A stretch of 64,000 nucleotides of DNA from Synergistaceae bacterium. Its GTDB lineage: Bacteria; Synergistota; Synergistia; Synergistales; Aminobacteriaceae. The position numbers and the translations under genes are program-made. The stretch spans positions 13,881 through 77,880 of the forward strand of contig JAFSRQ010000079.1 in NCBI GenBank assembly GCA_017446055.1, written 5' to 3'. Position 1 is the first letter of the stretch; each line of letters begins with the position of its first letter. This document shows positions 1 through 9,923 of this stretch, piece by piece. The notes under the pieces were generated by a model that worked only from the letters and a program-made list of their open reading frames with translations, did no database searches and had not been told where the DNA came from.

Positions 1-1
1 C

Positions 2-829
2 TACCAGGAAGCACGCGACTTCCACGAGGGACTCGCCGCCGTGAAATCCGGGGATCGCTGGGGATATGTCGACTATCTCGGACGCATAGCGATTCCGTTT
101 GTCCACAGAGTCCCGGAAGCAGGCGATTTCTCGGAGGGCTTCGCTTTTGTCGGCGACCACTACATCGACAGCGAGGGACAGCCCGCATTCGTCCGAATTG
201 ACCCTGACACTGACGAGCGCACAGAACGGTTCTTCACCAACGGACTCCCATTCTCGCAGGGCATGGCCGCAGTACAGGTTGCGGGGCAGTGGGGGTATAT
301 CGACATGATGGGCAACTACTTAATCCCGCCGCAGTTCGAGAGAGCCGGGAGGTTTGTTGACGGAATCGCACCCGCCCGGAGAAATGGCCTGTGGGGGTAC
401 ATCGACATGCGCGGAAGGTGGGTTATTGAGCCGAAATTCACACGCGCCGGGGAATTTCACGAGGGACTCGCCGCAGTGTATATCCGGGGTCGCTGGGGCT
501 ACATCAACAAGGAAGGCAAGTACGCTATAAGGCCTCAGTACACAGAAGCAGGAGATTTCGCTTACGGTGTCGCTCCCGTCAGAACACGCACAACCTACAG
601 GGGCTGGGGCTACATCGGCCACTGGAACAATAAGGCAATCCCCAAACGCTACAACAACGCCGGGAATTTCGGAGACGGTCTCGCTCCTGTTACTGGTGAT
701 GCCCGCTGGGGGTATGTGAATGTCAGGGGTGAATGGGAGATTTCCGCCCAGTATGAGGACGCACGGACTTTCAGCGAAGGACTTGCGGCTGTTAGGGTCG
801 AGGACAAGTGGGGATATATCCGGCAGTGA
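2..829 (+). CDS. WG/KWG-repeat protein, 5'-truncated by window edge
   Basis: The frame is open from nt 2. About 7 consecutive ~35-aa units each carry [KR]WGY[IV] plus an F.EG[LF]A.V motif. Stop TGA at 827-829. Confidence 0.75.
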   Translation, partial: YQEARDFHEGLAAVKSGDRWGYVDYLGRIAIPFVHRVPEAGDFSEGFAFVGDHYIDSEGQPAFVRIDPDTDERTERFFTNGLPFSQGMAAVQVAGQWGYIDMMGNYLIPPQFERAGRFVDGIAPARRNGLWGYIDMRGRWVIEPKFTRAGEFHEGLAAVYIRGRWGYINKEGKYAIRPQYTEAGDFAYGVAPVRTRTTYRGWGYIGHWNNKAIPKRYNNAGNFGDGLAPVTGDARWGYVNVRGEWEISAQYEDARTFSEGLAAVRVEDKWGYIRQ

Positions 830-952
830 GGCTTGCGACATAGCCGGGGGCAAAGGGTCTGGAACGCATTAGCCCAACATTCGGCAGTGAGGCATGACCC
901 GGCGCAAAGGCTCTGGGACGCATTCACATACAACATCAGACAGTGAGATATA
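821..952. repeat. imperfect ~60-nt tandem repeat (about 2.2 copies) duplicating the stop-codon region of the WG-repeat gene
   Basis: cggcagtgagg...ggcaaagggtctggaacgcatt recurs at 821, 882 and partially at 940. Confidence 0.7.
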
Positions 953-955
953 ATT

Positions 956-1237
956 TTGCCGACAAAGGAGATGAGACTTATGGACGCAGTACTGGACAGG
1001 CCGAAAACATCATGGGTCAAGCCCACAAGGAAGCTGACTGAGGCGGAAATCGAGCAGCTCATAGAGAATTACGATTATGTTTATGATGAGGATGATGACA
1101 GCACAGCACTTGACCCCGTTTATGACGCTTACGGCAACCCGACAGAGTCAACAATACGCGCAATGTACGAGTCCCGTCATGGAATAGGTGAGGAAACAAC
1201 ACTTGATGAGCTTCTAGCTTGGGTGAACAGTCTCTGA
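956..1237 (+). CDS. putative antitoxin with a DinJ/RelB-like C-terminal toxin-binding segment
   Basis: The C-terminus NPTESTIRAMYESRHGIGEETTLDELLAWVNSL resembles the DinJ C-terminal toxin-binding tail. Its stop overlaps the ATG of the downstream YafQ-like ORF (TGATG at 1235-1239). No ribbon-helix-helix was recognised at the N-terminus. The true start is probably ATG 971 or 980 (AGGAG at 966-970). Confidence 0.5.
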   Translation: MPTKEMRLMDAVLDRPKTSWVKPTRKLTEAEIEQLIENYDYVYDEDDDSTALDPVYDAYGNPTESTIRAMYESRHGIGEETTLDELLAWVNSL

Positions 1238-1531
1238 TGCGCAGGATTAAGGAGAGCCGCGAGTTCAAGAAGGCAAAGAGGCGGATAGAAAGAAGCGGAA
1301 GATATGCCAAGGCAATGAATGAAAGATTTTTGCCAGCTCTGATAACTCTTGCGAATGACGGCATACTCGACTATTCATATCACGACCACGAGCTTCACGG
1401 AGATTACGAAGGCAGCCGTGAGTGTCATATATTGTTCGACCTTCTGCTTGTGTACAGGTATGAGGATGAGGACAATGTATTATGTATGGCTTGAGAAACT
1501 GGGAAGCCACAGCGGGATTCTTGGACTGTGA
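1237..1531 (+). pseudogene. yafQ: YafQ/RelE-family mRNA-interferase toxin, disrupted by a 1-nt frameshift near 1480-1484
   Basis: HELHGDYEGSRECHILFDLLLVYRYEDEDNVL (frame of 1219..1494) continues as VWLEKLGSHSGILGL in the +1 frame (to 1531). Joined, the two pieces match the YafQ C-terminus pattern (..RECH..PD.LLIY....L.L.RTGSHS.LF). Confidence 0.6.
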
Positions 1532-1532
1532 C

Positions 1533-3257
1533 TCATTCCCGCCCGAAACGTTTCAGAAGGTCATCATTCTTCAGCTCAATCATCACAGGCCGCCCATGAG
1601 GACACACAAACGGCTGTTCGCACTCATGAAGTTCCCGCCACAAGGTTAACGCCTCGTCCCCCGCCAGCTTTGTGGTGAGTTTCACCGAAGCCTTGCACGC
1701 CATCGTCGCCCAAGTCCGCCACAATATATTTCTCGTATCACCGTCATGATTGCTCTTCAAGGCACGCAGCGATGCCCGCAATAACGCTTCCGGCTCAAAG
1801 TCAACACTCCCTATTGCCGGGACCGCTGTCATCTCTACCCCCGACTCACCGTTCACGAAGTCGAAGCCCGAATCCCTCAAGGACGACTCATATTCAGCAG
1901 TCTCAAGCGCAAGTGTAGGGTGCAGTATCACAGGCATCAACAGCTTCTGCACGTTCCGGGAGTTTTCCGCCGCAGACTTTATACGCTCATAGTTCACACG
2001 TTCATGCGCCGCGTGAGGGTCGACAAGCACAAGCCCCTCTTGAGTGTCATACACCAGATAGCCGCCCGAATTTTGCCCCATGAAGTGAACGCCAGAGTCC
2101 TCCGTTGCAGTCCCAGTGTCAGCAAAAAGAGCAGCCTGAACGTTTCCTGCTGACGGGAAATCACGTGTGCTTGCTGACGGGGTATCACCGAAATTCCAGC
2201 CCGGACGTGTCGATGAGGCTCTGTGAGGTGCGGGTGTCATTGTAGGTGCTGGAGGAGTGAGTCTGACGGGGGCGTTTGTGTTCGTGGGAATATAGGCGGG
2301 ACTTCCGAGTCTTTTCACCGCGTTGTGCAGGCTGGAATATATCTCGTCGGGATAACGGAAGCGGACTTCGGCCTTCGCCGGGTGAATGTTCACGTCAACA
2401 AGAGAAGGCTCAAGCGTGAAGAACAATGCCCAGTTCCCGGCAAGCTCCCTCGCTGCAGTGGCGACCGCAGACTTTATGACCGGGTCATTCACCGCACGGC
2501 CATTCACGAACGACATCACATCACCGCGCCCGGATAGTCCTGCTCTGGACTGAAACCAGCACTCCATAGCGAGATGTTCTCCGATAATGTTGACGGTCTG
2601 AATCTCTGCTCCCTCCGGCCAGATTTTCGCGAGTACTCTCCGCCTGTCCCCAGAGCCGTCCGTGCTGAATATCTCTTTGCCGTCATGCTCAAGGAAGAAT
2701 GACACCGCCGGGCTGCACACAGCGTACTCACGTATGAAGACAGCTGCCCGCCTGAGTTCGCCTGATGCACTCTTGAGGAATTTTCTGCGAGCCGGGAGTC
2801 CTGAGAACAAGTCCGCAACCTGTACGCGGGTTCCCGGTGAACACTTCACGTGTATATGCTCGGTGATTTTGCCGTCATGTGTCCGGACTAATCCGCCGTC
2901 ATCCTCTGAGGGCTTGCGGCTTCGTATCTCAACGTCAGCAACTGCCGCCAGACTCGCGAGTGCTTCACCCCTGTAGCCCAGCGTCATTATCCGCTCAAGG
3001 TCTGAGATCTCACGGAGCTTGCTTGTTGCGTGGTACATCAAGGCTAGGGGCAGGTCGTCAAACGCTATCCCTTCACCGTCATCCTCAACGACAATCCGCA
3101 AACGTCCTCCATCCTTGAGTGAGACAGATATACGTGTTGCTCCTGCGTCTAGTGAGTTCTCGGTGAGTTCCTTCACGGCTGAGGCGGGGCGTTCTACGAC
3201 TTCTCCGGCGGCAATCCGCGACCAGACATTTTCGGGCAGTGAATATATTGCGGGCAT
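1533..3257 (-). CDS. mutL: DNA mismatch repair protein MutL
   Basis: GHKL ATPase motifs (ELTENSLDAG, DDGEGI, LGYRGEALAS) and the C-terminal CPHGRP motif. Confidence 0.95.
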   Translation of the reverse strand: MPAIYSLPENVWSRIAAGEVVERPASAVKELTENSLDAGATRISVSLKDGGRLRIVVEDDGEGIAFDDLPLALMYHATSKLREISDLERIMTLGYRGEALASLAAVADVEIRSRKPSEDDGGLVRTHDGKITEHIHVKCSPGTRVQVADLFSGLPARRKFLKSASGELRRAAVFIREYAVCSPAVSFFLEHDGKEIFSTDGSGDRRRVLAKIWPEGAEIQTVNIIGEHLAMECWFQSRAGLSGRGDVMSFVNGRAVNDPVIKSAVATAARELAGNWALFFTLEPSLVDVNIHPAKAEVRFRYPDEIYSSLHNAVKRLGSPAYIPTNTNAPVRLTPPAPTMTPAPHRASSTRPGWNFGDTPSASTRDFPSAGNVQAALFADTGTATEDSGVHFMGQNSGGYLVYDTQEGLVLVDPHAAHERVNYERIKSAAENSRNVQKLLMPVILHPTLALETAEYESSLRDSGFDFVNGESGVEMTAVPAIGSVDFEPEALLRASLRALKSNHDGDTRNILWRTWATMACKASVKLTTKLAGDEALTLWRELHECEQPFVCPHGRPVMIELKNDDLLKRFGRE

Positions 3258-3288
3258 AATGGACTCCTTTGCTGGTGTTTTTCGTGTG

Positions 3289-5865
3289 CTATATCATTCT
3301 GGCGTTACGGCTCTTCTCCTTGAGCCTGTGAAGTATCTTCAGTGCCTCCATCGGCGTAATGTTGTCCGTGTCAATCCCGGCAAGCTCCTCGACTACAGCA
3401 TCACTTTCCGGCGACAAAAGCATAATCTGCCGTCTCAGCGCAACCTGCGGCAATGGTGCGGGAATATCCTCCGTCCGCAGTCCGTCCTTCTCGAAAATCT
3501 CCAGAAGCTCAAACGATCTCCTCAGCACCACGTCAGGCAGTCCTGCAATCCTCGCGACCTCGATTCCGTATGACCTTCCCGCCGCCCCCCTCACAACCTG
3601 GTGAAGGAACATGATACCCTCTCTGCCTTCTGAGACCGTCATGCTGTAGTTCTTCACGCCGTCTAATCTCTCCTCAAGGCACGTCAATTCATGGTAGTGT
3701 GTCGCAAAAAGCACCCTCGAACGTGAAGCTCCCTGCAAGTATTCCAGTACAGCCCATGCTATGCTCATGCCGTCATATGTCGCAGTCCCGCGCCCTACCT
3801 CATCGAGAATGATTAGGCTTCTGTCGGTTACGTTGTTCAGGATATTGGCGGTCTCTAACATCTCTATCATGAATGTGCTTGACCCCCTCACCAAGTCATC
3901 CCTAGCTCCTATCCGGGTAAATACGCGGTCAACGAGTCCTATCCTTGCTGACTCCGCCGGTATCCACATTCCTGCCTGGGACATTATCACTATCAGCGCG
4001 GTCATACGAAGCCACGTTGATTTTCCGGCCATGTTCGGCCCGGTGAGGATTATCACGCGTCCGTCGGTGTCAATGTTCACGTCATTCGGGACAAAGGCGG
4101 CATCTTTCAGTTCACGCTCAATCACAGGATGACGGCCTGCCCTGATGTCTATCACGTCAGAGTCATCAACGACAGGACAGCAGTAATTCCCCGCTCGCGC
4201 AACCTCGGAGCATGACGCTGTGCAGTCCAGTATTCCCAGAAGGCGAGCCGTAAGCTGCAGCTCCTTGCTGTGTTCGAGGACGTGTGAGACTACAGCCCGG
4301 TACAGTTCCGACTCAATGCGTGAGATTTCAGCCTCAGCGTTCTTCATGCGTGCCTCGAAATTCTTCAGCTCTGGTGTAGTGTAGCGTTTTGCGTTGACGA
4401 GGGTCTGAGTCTGCCTGAAGTAATCCGGCTGATATGACAGTCCTGATTTCCCCGCCTCTAGGTAATAGCCGAAAGCGTTCGTGAAGCCTGCCTTGAGCTT
4501 GGGCGTATTGGTGGCCTGGCGTTCGCGCTCTAGATATTCCTTCAGCCACTCTTCACCCTTCTGTGAGATTTCGCGGACTGATGATAATTCCCCGCTGAAT
4601 GATGAGCGTATGACATCACCATTGCCCAACATGCGCGGTAGTCGTTCCTCTAATGCCCCCTCCAAGTATCCGCTCAACTCTGAGACATCCGGCAATGACT
4701 CCTGCAAGGCCTTCAACGGTTCATTGAGCGTTATAGCTTTCACCGCCGGGATTATACGCAGAGTGTCACGGATTGCTCCGAGGTCCAAAGGATTGCCAGT
4801 GCCGAGTGCCAGACGTGAGAGTGAGCGTTCTATGTCTCTTGTTGACGATAAGCAGTCCTGTAGCTGTGAGCATTCGCGGGGTGATGAGACTAACACGCCG
4901 ATGTATTCCTGACGCTGTGAGATTGCATGAATGTCCATCAATGGCCGCAGTATCCAGTCCTTGAGGGTGCGCCGTCCTGCGCTTGTCCTGCAACGGTCGA
5001 TTGACGCTAGGAGTGATACGCTAGTCCCAGAAGTCTCCGGGATAAGCTCAAGGTTTCTCTGTGCTGACGAGTCGAGGCTCATTCTGTCCTTCACCATGAG
5101 GGGGGCTAGCTTCAGCACGTCATTCAATGAGCTGAACTGAGTCGCTGTGAGATAGTCCAGTGCCGCCCAAGCCGGGCCGGTGCATAAATCCCCGTCAGCA
5201 ATCCCGAAGCCCTCAAGCCTTGAAGTGTGAAGTGCTGACTTGAGCCTGCCGGAAGCGTTCTCAGGCTTGAATGTCTCAGGTGATACAGGACGAAGGTTGT
5301 AGCCGTTCATGAAATCGGGAATGGTCTTGATGTTCGAGGGGTAAAGGATTTCGCCGGGTGTGAAGGCTGACAGCATAGCCTCCGCATCTCTCACGCTCAG
5401 AGTCCCGGCCTCAAGAAGCCCGGTGTTGACCGAAAGCAGAGCCATAGCAACGCGCCCCCTGACAGGCCAGACTGAAGCAAGGTGTGCTGACTCGGAGTTC
5501 TCATCGTCAGGAAGGTATGTACCCGGCGTAACAACACGAATCACCCTGCGCTCAACGATGCCTTTTGCGGACGGCTCACCAATCTGCTCACATATAGCTG
5601 CCCGGCAGCCTGCACGAATCAGCCGCGACAAGTACGAGTTCAGTGCATGATGAGGGATTCCGGCCATCGGGATTTTTTTCTCCGGGTCTCTTGCGGTCAA
5701 TGCTATGTTCAGAACGGAGGCGGCCTGCTTTGCGTCGTCAAAGAACATCTCGTAGAAGTCGCCCATCCTGAAGAGAAGCAATGCGTCAGGGTAATCTTCC
5801 TTGAAGGACTTGTACTGTTCAAGCCACGGGGTAATTTTCACGTCAGAAGGTATAACTTTGCTCAT
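3289..5865 (-). CDS. mutS: DNA mismatch repair protein MutS
   Basis: N-terminal TPWLEQY...FRMGDFYEMF mismatch-binding motif, Walker A GPNMAGKST, and DEVGRGT. Confidence 0.97.
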   Translation of the reverse strand: MSKVIPSDVKITPWLEQYKSFKEDYPDALLLFRMGDFYEMFFDDAKQAASVLNIALTARDPEKKIPMAGIPHHALNSYLSRLIRAGCRAAICEQIGEPSAKGIVERRVIRVVTPGTYLPDDENSESAHLASVWPVRGRVAMALLSVNTGLLEAGTLSVRDAEAMLSAFTPGEILYPSNIKTIPDFMNGYNLRPVSPETFKPENASGRLKSALHTSRLEGFGIADGDLCTGPAWAALDYLTATQFSSLNDVLKLAPLMVKDRMSLDSSAQRNLELIPETSGTSVSLLASIDRCRTSAGRRTLKDWILRPLMDIHAISQRQEYIGVLVSSPRECSQLQDCLSSTRDIERSLSRLALGTGNPLDLGAIRDTLRIIPAVKAITLNEPLKALQESLPDVSELSGYLEGALEERLPRMLGNGDVIRSSFSGELSSVREISQKGEEWLKEYLERERQATNTPKLKAGFTNAFGYYLEAGKSGLSYQPDYFRQTQTLVNAKRYTTPELKNFEARMKNAEAEISRIESELYRAVVSHVLEHSKELQLTARLLGILDCTASCSEVARAGNYCCPVVDDSDVIDIRAGRHPVIERELKDAAFVPNDVNIDTDGRVIILTGPNMAGKSTWLRMTALIVIMSQAGMWIPAESARIGLVDRVFTRIGARDDLVRGSSTFMIEMLETANILNNVTDRSLIILDEVGRGTATYDGMSIAWAVLEYLQGASRSRVLFATHYHELTCLEERLDGVKNYSMTVSEGREGIMFLHQVVRGAAGRSYGIEVARIAGLPDVVLRRSFELLEIFEKDGLRTEDIPAPLPQVALRRQIMLLSPESDAVVEELAGIDTDNITPMEALKILHRLKEKSRNARMI

Positions 5866-6581
5866 GATTGCCAGCTTTCAGAGTCGGATAAATTTTCGAG
5901 TGCGTGTAATATTTTAGCGTATAAGTCGGGGATGTCCTTTCTGAGTCCGGCTATGTAGTCGCGGATTCTCTGGCGTTCTGTGTGTCCGGCAAAAGGGCAG
6001 GGACTGGATATTACCGGGAGACTGAGCCGCTTCACCTCGTCAACAATTGCTGACTCTGTAGCAAGAACAAGCGGCCTGATTACTGTAACACCTGTGCGTG
6101 TCATCAAAACTTTCGGCTGGAAACTTTTCGCCCTCCCTGCGTGAAGGAGGTTCATGAAGAAAGTTTCTGCTGCGTCATCAAGAGTGTGGCCGAGTGCGAG
6201 CTTGTTATAGCCGTTGTGAGATGCCCACGAGCTGATTATTCCCCGCCTCATGTTAGCGCAGAATGAACACGGTGATTTCTCCTGCCTCGCGTTGATGATG
6301 CCGATGATGTCCTGTGCTATGACTGTGTACGGAATGCCGAGTGAGCCGCAGTAATCCTCAAGGGGGGAAGTGTCGAGTCCTGAGAGTTTCACGGTGAGTG
6401 CTGAGACTGAGAACTTGACCGGGCTTCGGTGCTGGAGGTCATGAAGGGCGTGAAGTAGAATGAGGCTGTCCTTTCCGCCGGAGAGGCCGACTAGTATTCT
6501 GTCCCCCCCGGAAATCATTTGCCACCGGGATATTGCTCTGCCTATCTTGCGCCTGAGTGAGTGATTTATCTGTGCATTCAT
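5862..6581 (-). CDS. ttcA: tRNA 2-thiocytidine biosynthesis protein TtcA family (PP-loop ATPase)
   Basis: SGGKDS PP-loop, CSFCANMRRG, LALGHTLDD. ATGA overlap with the mutS start. Confidence 0.85.
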   Translation of the reverse strand: MNAQINHSLRRKIGRAISRWQMISGGDRILVGLSGGKDSLILLHALHDLQHRSPVKFSVSALTVKLSGLDTSPLEDYCGSLGIPYTVIAQDIIGIINARQEKSPCSFCANMRRGIISSWASHNGYNKLALGHTLDDAAETFFMNLLHAGRAKSFQPKVLMTRTGVTVIRPLVLATESAIVDEVKRLSLPVISSPCPFAGHTERQRIRDYIAGLRKDIPDLYAKILHALENLSDSESWQS

Positions 6582-6820
6582 TTCTTGCTGATGATAACGT
6601 GTAAGTCAACAGGGAAAATTCCGAGTCTCAACGTGATTGCTGAGACTGAGAACTTGACCGGGCTTCGGTGCTGGAGGTCATGAAGAGCGTGAAGTAGAAT
6701 GAGGCTGTCCTTTCCGCCGGAGAGGCCGACTAGTATTCTGTCCCCCCCGGAAATCATCTGCCACTGTGATATTGCCCTGCCTATCTTGCGTCTGAGTGAG
6801 TGGTTTATCTGTGTGAGCAT
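6578..6820 (-). pseudogene. tandem remnant copy of the ttcA 5' end (80-aa leftover ORF)
   Basis: The first 61 aa are 58/61 identical to the TtcA N-terminus, including SGGKDS, after which the sequence diverges. Its stop overlaps the real ttcA start (ATGA at 6578-6581). Confidence 0.8.
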
Positions 6821-7065
6821 TTTTTGCGGTACATTATACGCCTCGTGAGTGTGATATAAATCCCGGCCATGAAGATAATGACGGAGCGGGGCAGTGTGCA
6901 GGGGGTATCAGGTGCAAACAGTGAAAGTGTCAGTGTGAGTATGCCAAGAGGCTGGTGAACTGCTGTTTTCCAGAGTGCTACATTGACAGGCATTAAGGGC
7001 TACAAGGGAGCAGGCAGGCCGTAACGGAATTTTGTGGACGCTTATGTTTCAGCGGTCATTGCGCG

Positions 7066-7106
7066 GTAAAAGCAATCCCCCCGTCCGCACATCAGACCGG
7101 GGGATT
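7066..7106 (-). terminator. candidate intrinsic terminator after tspO
   Basis: 8-bp GC-rich stem aatccccc/gggggatt (7074-7081 / 7099-7106), followed on the minus strand by gcttttac. The T-run is short. Confidence 0.4.
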
Positions 7107-7110
7107 CACA

Positions 7111-7569
7111 TCAACCGTTCAGGAAATACACTCCGAGACTCAGATACTCCGCGAACACCAGCCACAGCACATAAGGCAGCTGCAAGTACGCGCTCAAAGG
7201 GTCAATTCTCCTGAAGCACAAGCACATCATCACGACAAGAACCAGCATCACCGCCAGACACAGCGAGGCCAGCAGAAACATCCTCAGCGTGAAGAACACG
7301 AAGCACCACGCAAAATTTATCCCCAGCTGAAACATGAACAGACGCAATCCTCTCGTGCGTTCATCAGACTCAGGGGCGGCGTAAATCCTCGCGGCACTTA
7401 CTCCCATAAGCGCGTAAAGTACCGTCCACACTGCCGGGAAAAGCAGCGCAGGCGGTGAGAGAAACGGCTTCACGATGGAGGAAGCGTAAACCTTTACGTC
7501 CTCACGTGTCAGAAACCCGGCCGCTATGCCGACAGCCTCAGTGAAAGCAATCCAGTACACATATATCAT
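7111..7569 (-). CDS. tspO: TspO/MBR family tryptophan-rich sensory protein
   Basis: Five-TM small protein with KPFLSPPALLFPAVWTVLYALMG and NFAWCFVFF motifs. Confidence 0.8.
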   Translation of the reverse strand: MIYVYWIAFTEAVGIAAGFLTREDVKVYASSIVKPFLSPPALLFPAVWTVLYALMGVSAARIYAAPESDERTRGLRLFMFQLGINFAWCFVFFTLRMFLLASLCLAVMLVLVVMMCLCFRRIDPLSAYLQLPYVLWLVFAEYLSLGVYFLNG

Positions 7570-8063
7570 CGCTTGCTGCCTCCCTGTTTCATTGCCTCAA
7601 GATATGCCCGCAGGTGAGACAAAGCATAATTGATGTCATCGGGCAAAGTTTCAGGAGCATCGGCCATGTACTGCCGGACTCTCTCCTCGTCAGCAATAAT
7701 TCTCCGCCTGACAGTTTTACGCGCATCATTCCTCTTAGCCCTGAAGTACTCCACAATCCTCACCGAGAAATCACCGCTGGACTCATAGCCCAGTCCCGCA
7801 AGAAATCTCAGTATATTTCCCTTCATGAAGAGAATATCTTTCTTGACGAGGTCATTACGAGCCTCTACGGTCAGGAAATTCACACCAAGCACAACAGGCC
7901 GGGAATTTCGCGCGAGTACAGGCTTCTTCACGAGAACATTCCACGAACGCTTCAGCTTCTCCAGAATATCATTGCGCCTCACTGCCTCCGGGAACATTCT
8001 CCGCAAGTCTATCCTGAGTCCGTCATCCTCTGTCATCATTCTTCCTCCGCTCATCACGCGCAA
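7566..8063 (-). CDS. DUF721 domain protein (DciA-like)
   Basis: Pattern LKRSWNVLV...LARNSRPVVLGVNFLTVEARNDLVKKDILFMKGNILRFL resembles DUF721, and the gene lies in a recF/dnaN/mnmG neighbourhood. The true start is probably Met 8039 or 8036. Confidence 0.5.
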   Translation of the reverse strand: MRVMSGGRMMTEDDGLRIDLRRMFPEAVRRNDILEKLKRSWNVLVKKPVLARNSRPVVLGVNFLTVEARNDLVKKDILFMKGNILRFLAGLGYESSGDFSVRIVEYFRAKRNDARKTVRRRIIADEERVRQYMADAPETLPDDINYALSHLRAYLEAMKQGGSKR

Positions 8064-9918
8064 GTATCACCGAAATCAATTGCACGTCAACAGGAGTAAC
8101 ACCCGAAATCCTCAAGGCATGTCCGAGCGACTCCGGCCTGTAACGCTTCAGCTTCTGGAGTGATTCAGCACGAAGTCCCTTCACGCTGTCATAGTCGAAA
8201 TCGTCAGGTATCCTCGCTCCGTCAAGATTCTTCATGCGGGCGGCGACTCTGTTCTCCCGCTCAAGATACCCGGTGTAGCGAAGCTCCGTCTCAACGTGTG
8301 ATTTCTCCTCGCGTGTGAGATTCAGCGGTGAGGGCGACAATCTTTCAGCAAGCTCATACGTTACCCCCCTGTGAGTCATGTATCCGGCAACTGTCATTGT
8401 CTCACTCAGAATTTCAGCGTCATATTCAGCGCAGAGGGACTCGGCTTCTGCTGACGGTGAAATTTTTGCTGACTTCAGACGCGCAATCTCTTCATCCTCA
8501 CGAGAGAACCTATCCTCAAGGAACGCCCAGCGGGAGTCGTCAATCAGTCCTGCCTTCCTGCCGTAACGTGATAGCCTGTGCGCCGCATTGTCCCAGCGTA
8601 ACAGTAATCTATGCTCACATCTCCCCGTAAGCATCCTGTAAGGCTCATCGGTGCTCTTGGTCGTGAGGTCGTCAACAAGAACACCCAGATAGCCCTCATC
8701 GCGTCCCAGTGTCAGAGGCTCTTCACCCTTCGCATACATGGCCGCGTTTATCCCCGCAAGCAATCCCTGAGCGGCGGCTTCCTCGTAGCCACTTGTCCCG
8801 TTGACCTGTCCAGCGCAGAATAGTCCGGGAATGCTCCTGAGTTCGAGAGAGTGCTTCAGCTGGGACGGGAGTATGTACGTGTACTCTATGCCGTAGCCGG
8901 GCCTGATGATTTTCGCGTGTTCACAGCCGGGCAATGAGCGCACCATTTCCGCCTGTACATCATAGGGGAGGCTGGTCGAGAAGTTCTGCACGTAGACTTC
9001 ATCATTTGACGGTGATACAGGCTCGAACACTATCGGGTGCGTTATGTGGTCAGGAAAACGTATGTACTTGTCCTCGATTGACGGGCAATAACGCGGGCCG
9101 TTCGCTGAAACATTACCAGTAACAAGAGGAGAGCGCGAGATATTCCGGGCAAGTATGGAGTAAGTCTCTTCGGTCGTCCGCGAAAACCAGCACGCATAAT
9201 CCGACTCATACACCTTCCCATGCCCCCACAAGTCGAAGCACAGAGGCTCAGGTTCCGACAGTTGCGGCTTCATCCCGGCTCGCGAAAAGTCTATCGTGTG
9301 AATGTTGAGACGGGGAGTCGTGTCCGTTCTCATTTTCCCGGTCTCAATGCCCAAGTCAGCAAGAGAGTCCGCAAGACGCTCCGAGTTCTGTTGACCCATA
9401 GGCCCGGAAGGGAACGAGATTTCCCCCATGAAGACGCGCCCGGCCATGTAGACACCTCCGCATATCACTACAGCCCTGGCACTGTAACATGAGCCATGAC
9501 GAGTCATAACGCCTGAGACCTTGCCGCCCTCCGTGAGAATTGACACTGCTTCGTCCTGGTGAATGTCCAGGTTTGGTGCTGACGTTAGGAGCTTCCTGTA
9601 GTACCTGCTGTACATGAACGGATCACACTGCGCCCTCAATGCCCGGACTGCCGCGCCCTTTGACGTGTTGAGCCAGCGTATCATGAGGGTAGAAGCGTCC
9701 GCCGCACGAGCCTGTTCGCCGCCCAGAGCAGAGACTTCACGCACAAGATGACCCTTTGCCGGGCCGCCTATTGACGGGTTGCAGGGCATCAGGGCTGTGT
9801 TGTCGATGTTGAGGTTCAGCATGAGGGTGCGAAGACAAAGCCGGGAGATTGCAAGTGCCGCCTCACATCCTGCATGGCCGCCGCCGATTACGATTGCGTC
9901 ATATGAGTCTTGGTACAC
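8023..9918 (-). CDS. mnmG: tRNA uridine 5-carboxymethylaminomethyl modification enzyme MnmG (GidA)
   Basis: N-terminal FAD motif YDAIVIGGGHAGCEAA and full-length GidA-like sequence. Confidence 0.95.
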   Translation of the reverse strand: MYQDSYDAIVIGGGHAGCEAALAISRLCLRTLMLNLNIDNTALMPCNPSIGGPAKGHLVREVSALGGEQARAADASTLMIRWLNTSKGAAVRALRAQCDPFMYSRYYRKLLTSAPNLDIHQDEAVSILTEGGKVSGVMTRHGSCYSARAVVICGGVYMAGRVFMGEISFPSGPMGQQNSERLADSLADLGIETGKMRTDTTPRLNIHTIDFSRAGMKPQLSEPEPLCFDLWGHGKVYESDYACWFSRTTEETYSILARNISRSPLVTGNVSANGPRYCPSIEDKYIRFPDHITHPIVFEPVSPSNDEVYVQNFSTSLPYDVQAEMVRSLPGCEHAKIIRPGYGIEYTYILPSQLKHSLELRSIPGLFCAGQVNGTSGYEEAAAQGLLAGINAAMYAKGEEPLTLGRDEGYLGVLVDDLTTKSTDEPYRMLTGRCEHRLLLRWDNAAHRLSRYGRKAGLIDDSRWAFLEDRFSREDEEIARLKSAKISPSAEAESLCAEYDAEILSETMTVAGYMTHRGVTYELAERLSPSPLNLTREEKSHVETELRYTGYLERENRVAARMKNLDGARIPDDFDYDSVKGLRAESLQKLKRYRPESLGHALRISGVTPVDVQLISVILARDERRKNDDRG

Positions 9919-9923
9919 TGGGA

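Noticed and set aside
6805-6993. 62-aa ORF upstream of the ttcA remnant.
   Set aside because: Its 3' end is simply the diverged duplicate of the ttcA upstream region. It has no RBS and no family signal.
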